From Nitrosopumilus sp. (GTDB taxonomy: Archaea; Thermoproteota; Nitrososphaeria; Nitrososphaerales; Nitrosopumilaceae), in assembly GCA_965214775.1 (NCBI GenBank), contig OZ243974.1, forward strand, positions 1,248,001-1,312,000: DNA of 64,000 bases, given 5' to 3'. Shown here piece by piece: positions 19,015 to 29,079 of this stretch. Position numbers and translations under genes: made by a program. Under the pieces are notes generated by a model. It was not told the origin of the DNA. It ran no database searches and saw only the letters and a list, made by a program, of their open reading frames with translations. The stretch's first letter is position 1. Every line of letters begins with the position of its first letter.

Positions 19015-20611
19015 AGCACCCGTATGCAGGCGGGGCGTATGTGTGGTGCGTGGGGACCGGGGCGGTCTGGTTTATCGCGTACACGCGGACGTTGTCATAC
19101 CAGTTGTGGTGATCCCAGTCCGTTCCCCATATGTCGCGCATGTATAAGACGATGGTGATCGCGTCGCGCCCGGAGGCGTGTCCGGTTATGTCCGTCGTGT
19201 ACGTCTGCCATCCGGTGTCTGTCGTGCCACCAAGCACCAGGTATGAACGGTGCAGCCAGTTGCCCGAGTCCGCATCCAGTATCGCCATCCGAGTGTTGGT
19301 CACGGAGCTGTCTGGGGTTGCGCCGATGGCCTTGTAGTCGTAGGACAGCACGAGCCTCTGCCCGGACACGTCTAGGGAGGATACGTCGACGGTCTTCTGC
19401 ATGCCAGCATATACCACGATCTCGTCCTCCGTGTGCACGTGTGCCGCAGTCCGGCCGTCAACGGACTGCCTGCCAATCTCGTACTCTGTCGCGGTGCCCC
19501 AGTACGACCAGCCCTCAAGCGAGGAATCAAAGGTGTCGTTGAGCGGCATCGCGTGCCTTGTCTGGTGGACCGCCTCCGTCGGTAGCATCTCGACGGTGCC
19601 CGAGCCGGCCCCCTGCCGCACCGCGTATCCGTCAAAGATCCATTCGGAGTGGCCCGTGATGTCGACCGAGCGCAGGATCAATGTATGGCCGTGCGGCGGG
19701 CGCGAGGCCTCTATGAAAAGGGTCACCTCGTCCAGCTGCGAGCGCGACCAGTCCGGCGTCAGGACTACCGTCAGATCGGAGGCGTCATGCGGGGCCGCAT
19801 GCAAGTGCGGGCGCTCGTATGATGCCAGGACGCCGCCGCCCTTGGATGCTGGCCAGGATTCCGTAAAGTCGGATCGATGCCCATCTTCTCGATCCAGCAG
19901 TGCAGGGCCGCCCTTGGATGCTGGCCAGGATTCCGTAAAGTCGGACGCGGCGTACCTTGAATACCCCCCGTCGCGGAGGTATGCGCCGACGTATGGATCC
20001 GTCTCCAGCCCCACATCCAGCACGATGTCGCGGCCGCGCAGCTCCGCGGCGGGGAATGACTTGAAGAGGTGCATTGTGCCGTGGCCGGAGGTAGTCGACC
20101 AGAGCGCGATGTCAGATAGCGACTGCGGATTCATGGTCGCTACCACCGCGCCGTCTCCCCCCACCATCTGGTACTGCCAAGCCGTGTCCAGATAGGACGG
20201 ATCCACTGTTACCGTTGAAGTGGCAGTTACCGTGTTGCCCGACGAGTCGGTTGCGATCCACAGCACGGTAGTCGTGCCAAACCCTAGCCTTGCCGTCGTG
20301 CTGTGGCTCCCAGTCACGTTGTTTGTCACGATGACGGCGGGATCGTCCGCGTTGGCCACCGAGGCCGTTCCCAGATCTACCGTGGTGAGGATTCCCTTGG
20401 CGGCCACCTTTGTATCCGGCGGGACGGTAAGGACGGGCAATTCGCCGCCTGCCTCGTCGGCGGCCCTCATGCCAGACCAATCATAGGTTACAAGAAACGA
20501 TACGACTATCGCTGCGGCCAGTACGGCTACCAGCACTGCGGCTGTCCTCTCAGGGCGCAAACGCCACGGCGTGCGGCTCGCATCCGGCGTTACGGAATGG
20601 GATTCCGACAT
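18923..20611 (-). CDS. Membrane-anchored surface protein (HYR/Ig-like and carbohydrate-binding-like domains), C-terminus disrupted
   Basis: N-terminal TM and HYR-like GTTTVLWIATDSSGN. High GC. The ORF runs into the mini-array. Confidence 0.6.
   Translation of the reverse strand: MSESHSVTPDASRTPWRLRPERTAAVLVAVLAAAIVVSFLVTYDWSGMRAADEAGGELPVLTVPPDTKVAAKGILTTVDLGTASVANADDPAVIVTNNVTGSHSTTARLGFGTTTVLWIATDSSGNTVTATSTVTVDPSYLDTAWQYQMVGGDGAVVATMNPQSLSDIALWSTTSGHGTMHLFKSFPAAELRGRDIVLDVGLETDPYVGAYLRDGGYSRYAASDFTESWPASKGGPALLDREDGHRSDFTESWPASKGGGVLASYERPHLHAAPHDASDLTVVLTPDWSRSQLDEVTLFIEASRPPHGHTLILRSVDITGHSEWIFDGYAVRQGAGSGTVEMLPTEAVHQTRHAMPLNDTFDSSLEGWSYWGTATEYEIGRQSVDGRTAAHVHTEDEIVVYAGMQKTVDVSSLDVSGQRLVLSYDYKAIGATPDSSVTNTRMAILDADSGNWLHRSYLVLGGTTDTGWQTYTTDITGHASGRDAITIVLYMRDIWGTDWDHHNWYDNVRVYAINQTAPVPTHHTYAPPAYGCCSHPGDDWHLPELVCAHQPGSVVCKQPSRR
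19835..19945. repeat. Repeat-insert-repeat (39+33+39), in frame
   Basis: gccgcccttggatgctggccaggattccgtaaagtcgga occurs twice with period 72. Confidence 0.9.
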
Positions 20612-21111
20612 CTTCCCAGCCCCAAACTATGCGCCGCCGTATTGCCTGACTTTGACATATTTTTTAGCAACGGGATCTCGTTTTTATCTTTTTTGCGTAG
20701 GCGCCGTTTATCTATTGTGCCGAAATCATTTCGCACCGGCATAAGGAGGCTGGCAAGGACTGCATTATGCTGTACCGATCAGCAAAACCGATGACAAGGC
20801 TTGGAGAGAGACGTGTCAAATACGTAACGAGTCAGTGCGGCAGGGGAACATGGTAATACGCATTTCCGTAAACAAAAGAAGTGGGGGATGGCTGGGCATG
20901 CGCAGATGGCAGTACAAACTGCAGTGGAGGCGCATGAGACAGTATTCTCAGGTCCGGATACAGCCCAAAGAACTTGTCGACGAGCTCCTCTTGAAAGTTT
21001 GCCTGGCGCATCTCGTCCTCCGCGCTGACTTCGGGACATAACACCTCGAAGAATGCTGTCATATCATGCATTGATTACTCCGGGCTGCTCACTCCGCTCA
21101 GCGGATCCTCA

Positions 21112-21250
21112 GAGAGGTGATCCGAAATTAGAAGCCGTGCGAATTTTTCAAGTAATTTCACAGATAATCTGTATTTTGTTGGTGTTTTGAGCCGTTTTAT
21201 GCAAATTCGTTCACAAATAATCAGAGTCTGCTAATTTCGAATCAACTCTC
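21112..21250. mobile_element. MITE family A
   Basis: TIRs as in the element at 17296-18643. Confidence 0.85.
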
Positions 21251-21403
21251 AGGCTGATGTGCAGGCTCAGAAAGACAAACACCCGCAGGAGGTTCGGTCT
21301 GCAAGGCCATAGGATGGAACCTTGAGGTGCTAAACAGGATGGAGTGTGCTGCAAGGATTGGCGTGCCGGTGGAGGCAGCCTGAGGTGAATTAGGCGACAA
21401 CCC
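21251..21403 (+). mobile_element. 3' remnant of an IS5-like element carrying the MITE-B terminus
   Basis: ORF tail KAIGWNLEVLNR...EAA* followed by gaattaggcgacaacccc. Confidence 0.5.
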
Positions 21404-21707
21404 CCATTTTATCACCTCCTTTTTGATCAAAGTGTGTGTGCCCAACTGAACGGAAAACCCCCATTCGCCTCGATTATGTGGCATTTCGTCGTCCGTCTAC
21501 TCTGAGCCAGTCTCTTACGCGCCCTCATGTGTGGCAAGTTTACTTCGGCTCTTGGGCCCAACACGGATAATATGGCGTCCGCTACGGATAAGATTTGATG
21601 TATGAGGTTACGTCCCCTTGCCGGCTAGGCACGGAAATCATAATTGTACATGCCAATTCATGCCTGATTGATAGGGGTAGGTGACCACATACGATTTGAT
21701 ATAACGT
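21404..21707 (-). ncRNA. Second IS110 left end, putative bridge RNA (interrupted by MITE D at 21600-21692; recombinase lost)
   Basis: Colinear similarity to 4185-4381, including tttgatcaaaaaggaggtgataa-ATG. Confidence 0.6.
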
Positions 21708-21861
21708 CTCTTACCATCCACCCGCCATCTTGGGATTCTACTTGGGCACAAAATTCCAACCCAAAGACGATCTGAGTTTCATGTCCCAAAGATTACACAG
21801 AACCTGCAAGGCCAATCTTTATATATTTTATGTAACAATAATTGCCTATAGGTAAATTATC

Positions 21862-22677
21862 GTGACACAGAATACAAACATTGGGCTCCAAAATAGACTC
21901 CTTTTGGAACTAGCAGAAAAGGAGATTAACGTGTTTAATTTTGATGATGCAAAAAAGGTTCTGCAGGCCAATAATTCAGCAACAAGGCATGTTCTTATGA
22001 ACCTGACAAGGAAAAGACGGTTACAGAGAATAGAGCGAGGAAAGTATCTTCTAATTCCAGAAAGGGCAGGAATAGAGGGGCATTGGGCTGAATCTTCCTG
22101 GGTTATAGTTCCACATCTGATTGACACATATTATGTCGGCTTTTGGACTGCAATGAATTTTTGGGACATGACAGAACAGATTCCTTACACTGTATTTGTT
22201 GCAACGACTAAAAGAAAACGAAATCTGGAATATTTGAAACAAAGGTTTGAATTTGTAACACTGTCAAAGAAAAAATTCTTTGGGTTCGTCGAGCAGAAGG
22301 CAGGTAACAGAGAAACTTTCAATATCTCATCAAGGGAAAAAACAATCGTAGACGGTTTAATGCATCCCGAATATTGTGGAGGACTAGCAGAAGTAACCAA
22401 AGCAATGTGGAATGCACGAAAAGAGACTGACTGGAAAACCGTTCTTGAAATGGCAGAAAAAGTAGAAATTAACGCTGTTTTAAAGCGATTGGGATATGTG
22501 CTGTCTGTTCTTGACATCGAAGGAAGAATTTCAGAAAAAATAAGGAAAAAAATAAAAAAAAATCCTTATCACTATCTTGATCCTACTGCAAACAAAGACA
22601 GGATTGAAACTTCAAAGGAACATGGATTGTACATCAACAGATCAAAAGACGAGTTATTGGCGTGGATGGATTACTAG
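21862..22677 (+). CDS. abiEi: Type IV TA antitoxin (AbiEi family)
   Basis: RIERGKY, YYVGFWTA, TEQIP and EKTIVD motifs. Confidence 0.85.
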   Translation: MTQNTNIGLQNRLLLELAEKEINVFNFDDAKKVLQANNSATRHVLMNLTRKRRLQRIERGKYLLIPERAGIEGHWAESSWVIVPHLIDTYYVGFWTAMNFWDMTEQIPYTVFVATTKRKRNLEYLKQRFEFVTLSKKKFFGFVEQKAGNRETFNISSREKTIVDGLMHPEYCGGLAEVTKAMWNARKETDWKTVLEMAEKVEINAVLKRLGYVLSVLDIEGRISEKIRKKIKKNPYHYLDPTANKDRIETSKEHGLYINRSKDELLAWMDY

Positions 22678-23441
22678 TGGATGAAAAATTACTTAGAAAA
22701 TTAGCAAGCAAATACAAAATACCGTTAGGAACGTTAGAAAAAGATTACGCATTGACAAACATCCTGTCAGTAATCGCCGGTTTTCCAGAATTAGACAAAA
22801 TGGTTTTCAAAGGTGGCACTGCATTGAAGAAGATGTTTTTTGAAGATTTTCGCTTTTCTGAAGACCTTGATTTTGTTTGTTTTGAAGATGTTTCTGACAA
22901 TTTTATGAATTTTGTGAAAAACAGTATGGGCAATCTTGATGTAGAATTTACAGAGATATCAAACGTAGAAAGAAAGGGCAAGAGTTTCAGGTTCAAAGTA
23001 AAGTATGGTCAATCTACAGGTGCCAGAACAAGCATCAAGGTGGATTTGAGTTTGCGTGGTGATGTGATACTAAAACGCCCTGCTAAGCCGGTTTTACACT
23101 TCTATGAGACCCTTCAAACCCCGTTTTTCGTGCCAGCAATGGCACTTGAGGAGGTTATGGCTGAAAAAATCAGGGCCATAACATACACAAAACATCCCAG
23201 ACATTTGTATGATATCCATTACCTACATCACCAAGGAATTAAGATCAATTCCGACATGGTTAGAACAAAGATAAAGTCTGTTTACAATGAAGATTTTGAT
23301 TTGGACAAGATGAAGGAAAGATTGCCTGAAAAAGCAAGAGATTGGATGACTGATTTAAGACCTCTTCTTCCTGTCCTGCCACCGTCTTTTGACGATGTTT
23401 CAAAAGAGGTACTCAAGGTAATTACCAGTGCAATGAAATAG
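22662..23441 (+). CDS. abiEii: Type IV TA toxin, AbiEii nucleotidyltransferase
   Basis: EKDY, FKGGTAL, RFSEDLDF, EKIRA and RHLYD motifs. Confidence 0.9.
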   Translation: MDGLLVDEKLLRKLASKYKIPLGTLEKDYALTNILSVIAGFPELDKMVFKGGTALKKMFFEDFRFSEDLDFVCFEDVSDNFMNFVKNSMGNLDVEFTEISNVERKGKSFRFKVKYGQSTGARTSIKVDLSLRGDVILKRPAKPVLHFYETLQTPFFVPAMALEEVMAEKIRAITYTKHPRHLYDIHYLHHQGIKINSDMVRTKIKSVYNEDFDLDKMKERLPEKARDWMTDLRPLLPVLPPSFDDVSKEVLKVITSAMK

Positions 23442-23493
23442 CGCAATCACACGTAACATCTTGGACTGGAAGTTTAGGCACGAATTTTGCCGC

Positions 23494-23790
23494 TGTGTTA
23501 TATGAAAATTAGGTTCGTTAGTCATTGATGTCCATCTCCACCTATTTTGGGTCTTTTTTTCTGATCGCTTCTGTGGCCTCCCTTGCCAAAAAGGCCTGCA
23601 GTGGCGTCTCACACTTGTCGATATCCAGTGCAAAGTGCAGTGGTGAGGACCCCAAAAAAGAAGGAACGATCTGCAATGCACACTTTTTGAATAAGGAGGT
23701 CGAATCACAAATATGAGTAAGAAAATACGGAGTGTACAGGACAAGATAGGGATAGTCATGGAGCACATCAACACCAATAAGGACGCGCAC
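23494..23790. mobile_element. IS481 end fragment adjoining an IS3 left end
   Basis: Similar to 1647-1800 and to 29380-29515. Confidence 0.7.
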
Positions 23791-24888
23791 ACGAGTCGCC
23801 TCATGGATCCCGGCGGGGCAGACGGGCAGCAAAAAGCAAGGCCGGCAAGGCGCCTGTCTGGATTCGGGGCAGCTGCCAGGTACTGCGGCTCTAAGATGTC
23901 CAAGTTCGGTGGGGCCCTATACGCATCTTGCACGGCAAAGGACAGGATCAGGGTCGCCTTTATCTACAAGCCGTCTTGGAGATACTATGACCGAAACAAC
24001 TCCATCAACAACAGGTACTATTTCTTTTTTCAGGCGCTACGGAGAAACAGGAACCTCCAGATGGGCTATTTTCCCGCAGAGCATACGTTTGATACGGCAA
24101 AGCTCAGGGGAAAGTACGATGTCATACTGTGTACGAACAGCGAGATCAGCACGCCGCAGCTAAACGGCGCCCGGGATCTGGGCATCCCGGTGATTGCCCA
24201 CACGCACGACCCACACCACATCAAAACGTTTGATCTAGTCGGCTTTCATGAAAAGTACGGGGTGGACTATTACTTTAACTTCATACCTGCCAGTTATTTT
24301 TACAAGTACCTTCCAAGGGACTTTGGGTACAGGATGATAACTTATGGTGTCGAGCCAGATCTGCCACATCTGCCCGCATTCGCAGACCGGATAAGGGATC
24401 GCATTCTGCTTACGGGGACGCTCTGGAAGGGGAACGCAAACGACCCTGTCCAAAACCCCTATACGCTGAGGAGGACGTGCAGGGATCTGCCGTACGTCGA
24501 CTATGCCGGGGTCGTGCCAGGCACCATCCAGTACGTGCACGCAGGACATCCGGACTTTATAACACACCTGTCACGGTACAGGGCAACCATAACCGCAACG
24601 AGGTACTTTCCTACCATCAAGTACTACGAGTCCACGGCTGCCGGATGCCTGACGTTCATGGAGTTCTCAGAGGAAAGCCACGGCGGGTACCTAGGATTCC
24701 GGGACGGGGAGAGCGCAGTGTTTATCGACTCTAAAAACTACAAAAAAAGGTTCGAGGAATACTTGGCCTCTCCAGATGATCCAAAGTGGGCGCAAATAGC
24801 GGCGCGCGGAAAAAGACACACCATGGAGAACCTCACAAACGACAAGGCGGCCGAGTCCCTTGTGGACCTGATGCGGGAGCTGATCTGA
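23713..24888 (+). CDS. Glycosyltransferase-like protein (GT-B) fused to an IS3 OrfA N-terminus
   Basis: KYYESTAAGCL and IAARGKRH motifs. The first ~22 aa match IS3 OrfA. Confidence 0.65.
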   Translation: MSKKIRSVQDKIGIVMEHINTNKDAHTSRLMDPGGADGQQKARPARRLSGFGAAARYCGSKMSKFGGALYASCTAKDRIRVAFIYKPSWRYYDRNNSINNRYYFFFQALRRNRNLQMGYFPAEHTFDTAKLRGKYDVILCTNSEISTPQLNGARDLGIPVIAHTHDPHHIKTFDLVGFHEKYGVDYYFNFIPASYFYKYLPRDFGYRMITYGVEPDLPHLPAFADRIRDRILLTGTLWKGNANDPVQNPYTLRRTCRDLPYVDYAGVVPGTIQYVHAGHPDFITHLSRYRATITATRYFPTIKYYESTAAGCLTFMEFSEESHGGYLGFRDGESAVFIDSKNYKKRFEEYLASPDDPKWAQIAARGKRHTMENLTNDKAAESLVDLMRELI

Positions 24889-24916
24889 GTCTTTGCATGT
24901 TTTTTGCCTCTTCCCA

Positions 24917-25194
24917 GAGAAGCGATTCGAAATTAGAGACCGTACGAATTTTTCAAATAATTTCACAGATAATCTGTATTTTGTTGATGTTTTGGGGGTT
25001 GTCGCCTAATTCCACTTGTTTGACTCAATCTGCACGTTTTTCTGAATTTCTGCCCCTTTGCATGCCTGATCCATGTGGCATCTCAGCGGTTCTCAGGAAT
25101 TCTGGCGAATTAGGCGACAACCCCGATGTTTTGAGCTGATTTACGCAAATTCGTCCACAAATAATCAGAATCTGCCAATTTCGAACCAACTCTC
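24917..25194. mobile_element. MITE A containing MITE B (24995-25124)
   Basis: B TIR ggggttgtcgcctaattc, 9-bp TSD gatgttttg. Confidence 0.85.
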
Positions 25195-25242
25195 AGGGGC
25201 GAGATAAGGATGGCAGAAATGAGCGGCTGGTTGATGTAGATG

Positions 25243-27744
25243 TTACGTATACTTGACGTCCCCGTGTGCCGTACCACCGTTTCCTCCGCCCGAAGAGTCC
25301 GACAGATCGCCCTCGAACTCAAGGTGCATCAGGAGCGCACCATCATAGTCTCCCATACACGCATGATCACCGGTAAGCGCGTCGACGGTGCCGGTGCCTT
25401 TGGTGTCTGACACGGTAGCCATCTCCACATGGCATTTGTGTACGTCCGATATGTAGTCGGCAGGCAACCGTGCCGAGTATATCATGATATCATCCAGCAC
25501 GGTATCCTGTGCAGGATTTCTGCCGATGCTACTAGCACCTATCGCAAGCCGGTGATCATTTGCAACGGATCCTGCCAGCGACGTGTTGTACCAGCGCAGA
25601 TTGTCGATCTGTCCGTCCACGTACACGTCGAGTCCGCCCCTGTCTCCTGAGCCATCATAGGTAAACACGATGTGGTGCCAGCGGCCGTCGGTCATGCCGG
25701 AGAACGTGCCGACGGTGATCTGGCTTTGCGCATCGTCTGCCATCCGGAATGAAATCCCGCCATATGGGTTGCCCCATACGGTGATGCCCTGCTGCCTGGC
25801 CGCGTCAGCCTTTGAGATGATCAACGAGTCAGGGTTGCCGGGTTCGAGCATCTTGATCCAGAAGGCTATGCTGAACGGATCGGCCCCACCGAGATCGAGT
25901 CCGGGTGCGGCGGCAAGCGTGACGTATGCAGTGCCGTCAAGGTGGAGGGCCCGGCCGGCGGGGCCGTATGCAGGCAGGGACGTCCACCCGGGCGGGTTCC
26001 ACACCGTCACCTCCATACTGCTACTGAAATGTCGGTGGAACTTGGATGGTATCGGCGTGTCTGGTTTTGAGGGACCCTGAAACTCGATTACCCTATCACT
26101 GCCATCGTATATGTCAACATACCGCTGTGACCAGTCCGTTTCCGGAGACGCCGTCGCATTGCCCCCATCACCACCGCCGGTCTCCAGCACGTTCCTATGA
26201 AACTTGACCCTGTCGACAGAGTCGATCATTACGATCTTGTTGGTTTTGTGCGGACGCGTGTCGTACAGGTCATATCTGTCCAAGCTTGAATGGGTAATAT
26301 TGTAGCCGTGCAGCCGCCATGATTCGTTAATCAGCCACATGATTATTTCCGCGTCGGAGCCGGCATAGTTTTGCAGCGCAAAGAACAGTGCGCTAGGATA
26401 GGCAGACATCGTGTCCCAATGCACAAACACTCCCGACGTGGACAGGCCGAGCGCCGCGACGGCAAGCAAGGCAGCCAGCAACAGCGTGCGCTGCCTCCCC
26501 GGATCCTGTATTCTGGCTGATGCCCTTTCAATCCCTGCGCCGATCAGTGCGGCGGCGGCAATGCACATCACAGTCCACAACATCCCCAGATGGTAGAGGT
26601 ACGTCACGAACCCGATTGATCCAAAGAACAGCAGGACGGGTGCGGCCCACAGCAGCAGAAACCTGTTGCGTGAGGCCACCGCAAAGGCCAGTCCTGCTGT
26701 GCCCAGCGATACCATGACCGGATCCATCTCGAACAGCAGTATCGTGGCCACCAGCATGATCGCAGGACGGGTCAGTATGTCAGGATCCTGGTCATATACG
26801 AGGGCGATCGACGTGTATTGCTGCAGCAGATCCAGCTTGGACTGACTGCCCCTGTCTGTGTGCCACAGGACGCCGTCCACCCACCCGTCAAAATCACCTG
26901 CCAGTGCCGCAGAGGCGGGCCAGGCTGCCGCAATCAGGATTGCGGGCACAAGCCACAGCAGTACGCGCCCCGGCCTCCTGCCGGCCGACCAGACCAGAGC
27001 GAGGACAAGCGGGATCATGACAAGCGAGGGAACCTTGACAAGCATGGCGCATCCCATGCAGACACCAGACAGGATGATCAGCAGTCGAACCCTGCCCGGA
27101 GCCGGCGGCAACAGCGGCTCCCCATCCCCACTTCCTTGGAATGGGCCGCGTGCGTACATGGCAAGCAGAACGGAGGACAGGACGAACGGGAGGAGGATCG
27201 AGTCCAGTACAACCAGTCTGAGCGTCAGCGATACGGGCATTACCGCAAACAGGACGGCTGCAATCGGCGCTGCCCTGCGCCCGAAGCCCCTCTCGGCTAT
27301 CTTGTATATCAAAAAGGTGTCCAAGACGGCAAGCAGGCCCATGAGGATGCGCGGTGCCCCGTAAAGCATCCCAAGCGAGGATGCGCCCTCCGGTGTTACA
27401 AAGGAGTCGGGATATCCGGTGGCATGCAGGAATCCGGCCAGCATGGTGATAGAAGAGATGTCATGATATTCGTATGGGTAGGCAGATCCGGTGGCATGCA
27501 GGAATCCGGCCAGCATCGTCCAGCCAAGGAACGGGTGGTCGTGCCTGTCTGACAGTATCTTGTGGTTCAGGACGTCTAGAGCCTGGCCTATGTAGGTTGA
27601 CTCGTCTGGGTGCCACGACGGAAACCCTGCCGTGTTCCACATGTGCGTGTATGCAGAAAGCACCAGTATTGCTACAAGCAGGAGGAGTGGCCCGTGCCCC
27701 GACAGGCGCCCCGTGCGAATGGTGGTACGTCCGAGGCCAAGCAT
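25243..27744 (-). CDS. GT-C (PMT/ArnT-like) membrane glycosyltransferase with LamG domain, probably 3'-truncated
   Basis: PDESTY and DHPFLG motifs, many TM segments, and WHHIVFTYDG...VYVDG. Confidence 0.75.
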   Translation of the reverse strand: MLGLGRTTIRTGRLSGHGPLLLLVAILVLSAYTHMWNTAGFPSWHPDESTYIGQALDVLNHKILSDRHDHPFLGWTMLAGFLHATGSAYPYEYHDISSITMLAGFLHATGYPDSFVTPEGASSLGMLYGAPRILMGLLAVLDTFLIYKIAERGFGRRAAPIAAVLFAVMPVSLTLRLVVLDSILLPFVLSSVLLAMYARGPFQGSGDGEPLLPPAPGRVRLLIILSGVCMGCAMLVKVPSLVMIPLVLALVWSAGRRPGRVLLWLVPAILIAAAWPASAALAGDFDGWVDGVLWHTDRGSQSKLDLLQQYTSIALVYDQDPDILTRPAIMLVATILLFEMDPVMVSLGTAGLAFAVASRNRFLLLWAAPVLLFFGSIGFVTYLYHLGMLWTVMCIAAAALIGAGIERASARIQDPGRQRTLLLAALLAVAALGLSTSGVFVHWDTMSAYPSALFFALQNYAGSDAEIIMWLINESWRLHGYNITHSSLDRYDLYDTRPHKTNKIVMIDSVDRVKFHRNVLETGGGDGGNATASPETDWSQRYVDIYDGSDRVIEFQGPSKPDTPIPSKFHRHFSSSMEVTVWNPPGWTSLPAYGPAGRALHLDGTAYVTLAAAPGLDLGGADPFSIAFWIKMLEPGNPDSLIISKADAARQQGITVWGNPYGGISFRMADDAQSQITVGTFSGMTDGRWHHIVFTYDGSGDRGGLDVYVDGQIDNLRWYNTSLAGSVANDHRLAIGASSIGRNPAQDTVLDDIMIYSARLPADYISDVHKCHVEMATVSDTKGTGTVDALTGDHACMGDYDGALLMHLEFEGDLSDSSGGGNGGTAHGDVKYT
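27414..27516. repeat. Repeat-insert-repeat (31 bp exact, period 72), in frame
   Basis: atccggtggcatgcaggaatccggccagcat occurs twice, giving MLAGFLHATG twice. Confidence 0.85.
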
Positions 27745-27835
27745 GGGCTATCCTCACCCGTCATCCAAATAACTGTTCGGAGGGAATTATTTTGTTGCAT
27801 AACCCTGACTGAAATTTGGAATTTGGTCGAAAATC

Positions 27836-27926
27836 GTACAACATCAGGTTCTACGTAAAATCAGGCGTAAACAGGAAATTTGGATGAATACTTTACGTCT
27901 AGAAAGTTGAGGATCTGATGTTGTAC
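27836..27926. mobile_element. IS66-related MITE
   Basis: Ends gtacaacatcagg and tctgatgttgtac resemble the IS66 TIR. Confidence 0.7.
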
Positions 27927-27997
27927 GATTTTTTTGATCTGTACTGATTACGCAAAGTCTATTGAAAATTACGTGATGGTTTGAAGCAAAGAGGTGA

Positions 27998-28915
27998 TCA
28001 TAGCGTCAAGTTTCGGAGTTGCTGGATCCATTTGCGCTGTATCTTTTTGTAGGTCGGGCCGGCAATTGAGAAGATTATCTTCTGCTCCTTTAGTGGCATC
28101 TTCCCATCGTAGAGTCTGATGGCGTCCGGATCTATTGAGCGATACGGATCTGTGTCTCCTATGGCGTACCCGTTCTCGTCAACGTATTTGTGCTCCATCA
28201 GGTGATGGTTCAGCATCTTGGTGTCAAACGGGATTTTCAGGAACCTGCATATGTGTCTGATGTTTCTTTCCGGCGAGGTACACAGATCCTCGTACAGGAT
28301 CAGACGGAGTTTGTAGCCCATCTCGTCATACCGGAAGAAGGATTCGGTCTTTATCTTCCAGTACAACGCCACCTTTGCTGCAAACGAGAACTCGCCGGCA
28401 TTTTTTATTATGGACAGGTCTCCAGCGTACTTTTCATTGAAGCCAGGAATTGTCTCGGGGTAGAGGGAATCCACATATCCTTCCCATGAGTTGGCCCAAG
28501 ATGAGTATCGTGGGTTTGTCTTTAGCCTCTTCAGGGAAAGGCACACGTCCCTGGGATCCCTGACTAGGAACAAGACAAGATGGTTGTTGTACCTGAACGG
28601 AAATGGAAACTTGTGGTAGCTTATGTCCCTTGCCACCCCGTCTGTATTGTCAAACTGCTCTGTCAGACAGGGGCACTTGAAGGCCAGAACTCTTTTTCCC
28701 AGACTTTTCTGCTCGCGAAGCTCCCCTTCGAGCACCGTCTCATCTGCAAAGTAATCATAGGAGGTCGGCTCGTCATGGCAGCTGATCCCGCTGTGGCACT
28801 CGAGAATAAGATGCATCAGCGTTGTTCCAGAGCGCTGGCATCCCACAATGAGGCAGATGTCAGAGTGCTCGTCGACCAGCCGGTCAAACAAACGCGATCT
28901 GTTGACATCGGCCAC
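27998..28915 (-). CDS. Sulfotransferase
   Basis: IVGCQRSGTTL (5'-PSB), LVRDPRDV (3'-PB) and YEDL motifs. Confidence 0.88.
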   Translation of the reverse strand: MADVNRSRLFDRLVDEHSDICLIVGCQRSGTTLMHLILECHSGISCHDEPTSYDYFADETVLEGELREQKSLGKRVLAFKCPCLTEQFDNTDGVARDISYHKFPFPFRYNNHLVLFLVRDPRDVCLSLKRLKTNPRYSSWANSWEGYVDSLYPETIPGFNEKYAGDLSIIKNAGEFSFAAKVALYWKIKTESFFRYDEMGYKLRLILYEDLCTSPERNIRHICRFLKIPFDTKMLNHHLMEHKYVDENGYAIGDTDPYRSIDPDAIRLYDGKMPLKEQKIIFSIAGPTYKKIQRKWIQQLRNLTL

Positions 28916-29079
28916 CTCGCTGGGCAGGGGGAACTGATCCCAGTTGACGGATGCGTTTATCTGGTCCCCCTCCCAAGCTTGAAGACAGCATCTCCCCTAG
29001 CACAATCAAGAGGATGCGGGTCTCCCCGGCACTCTCCCTCGTCCTGTAAACTTTCAATTGTATTGACGGTTTTACCCGT

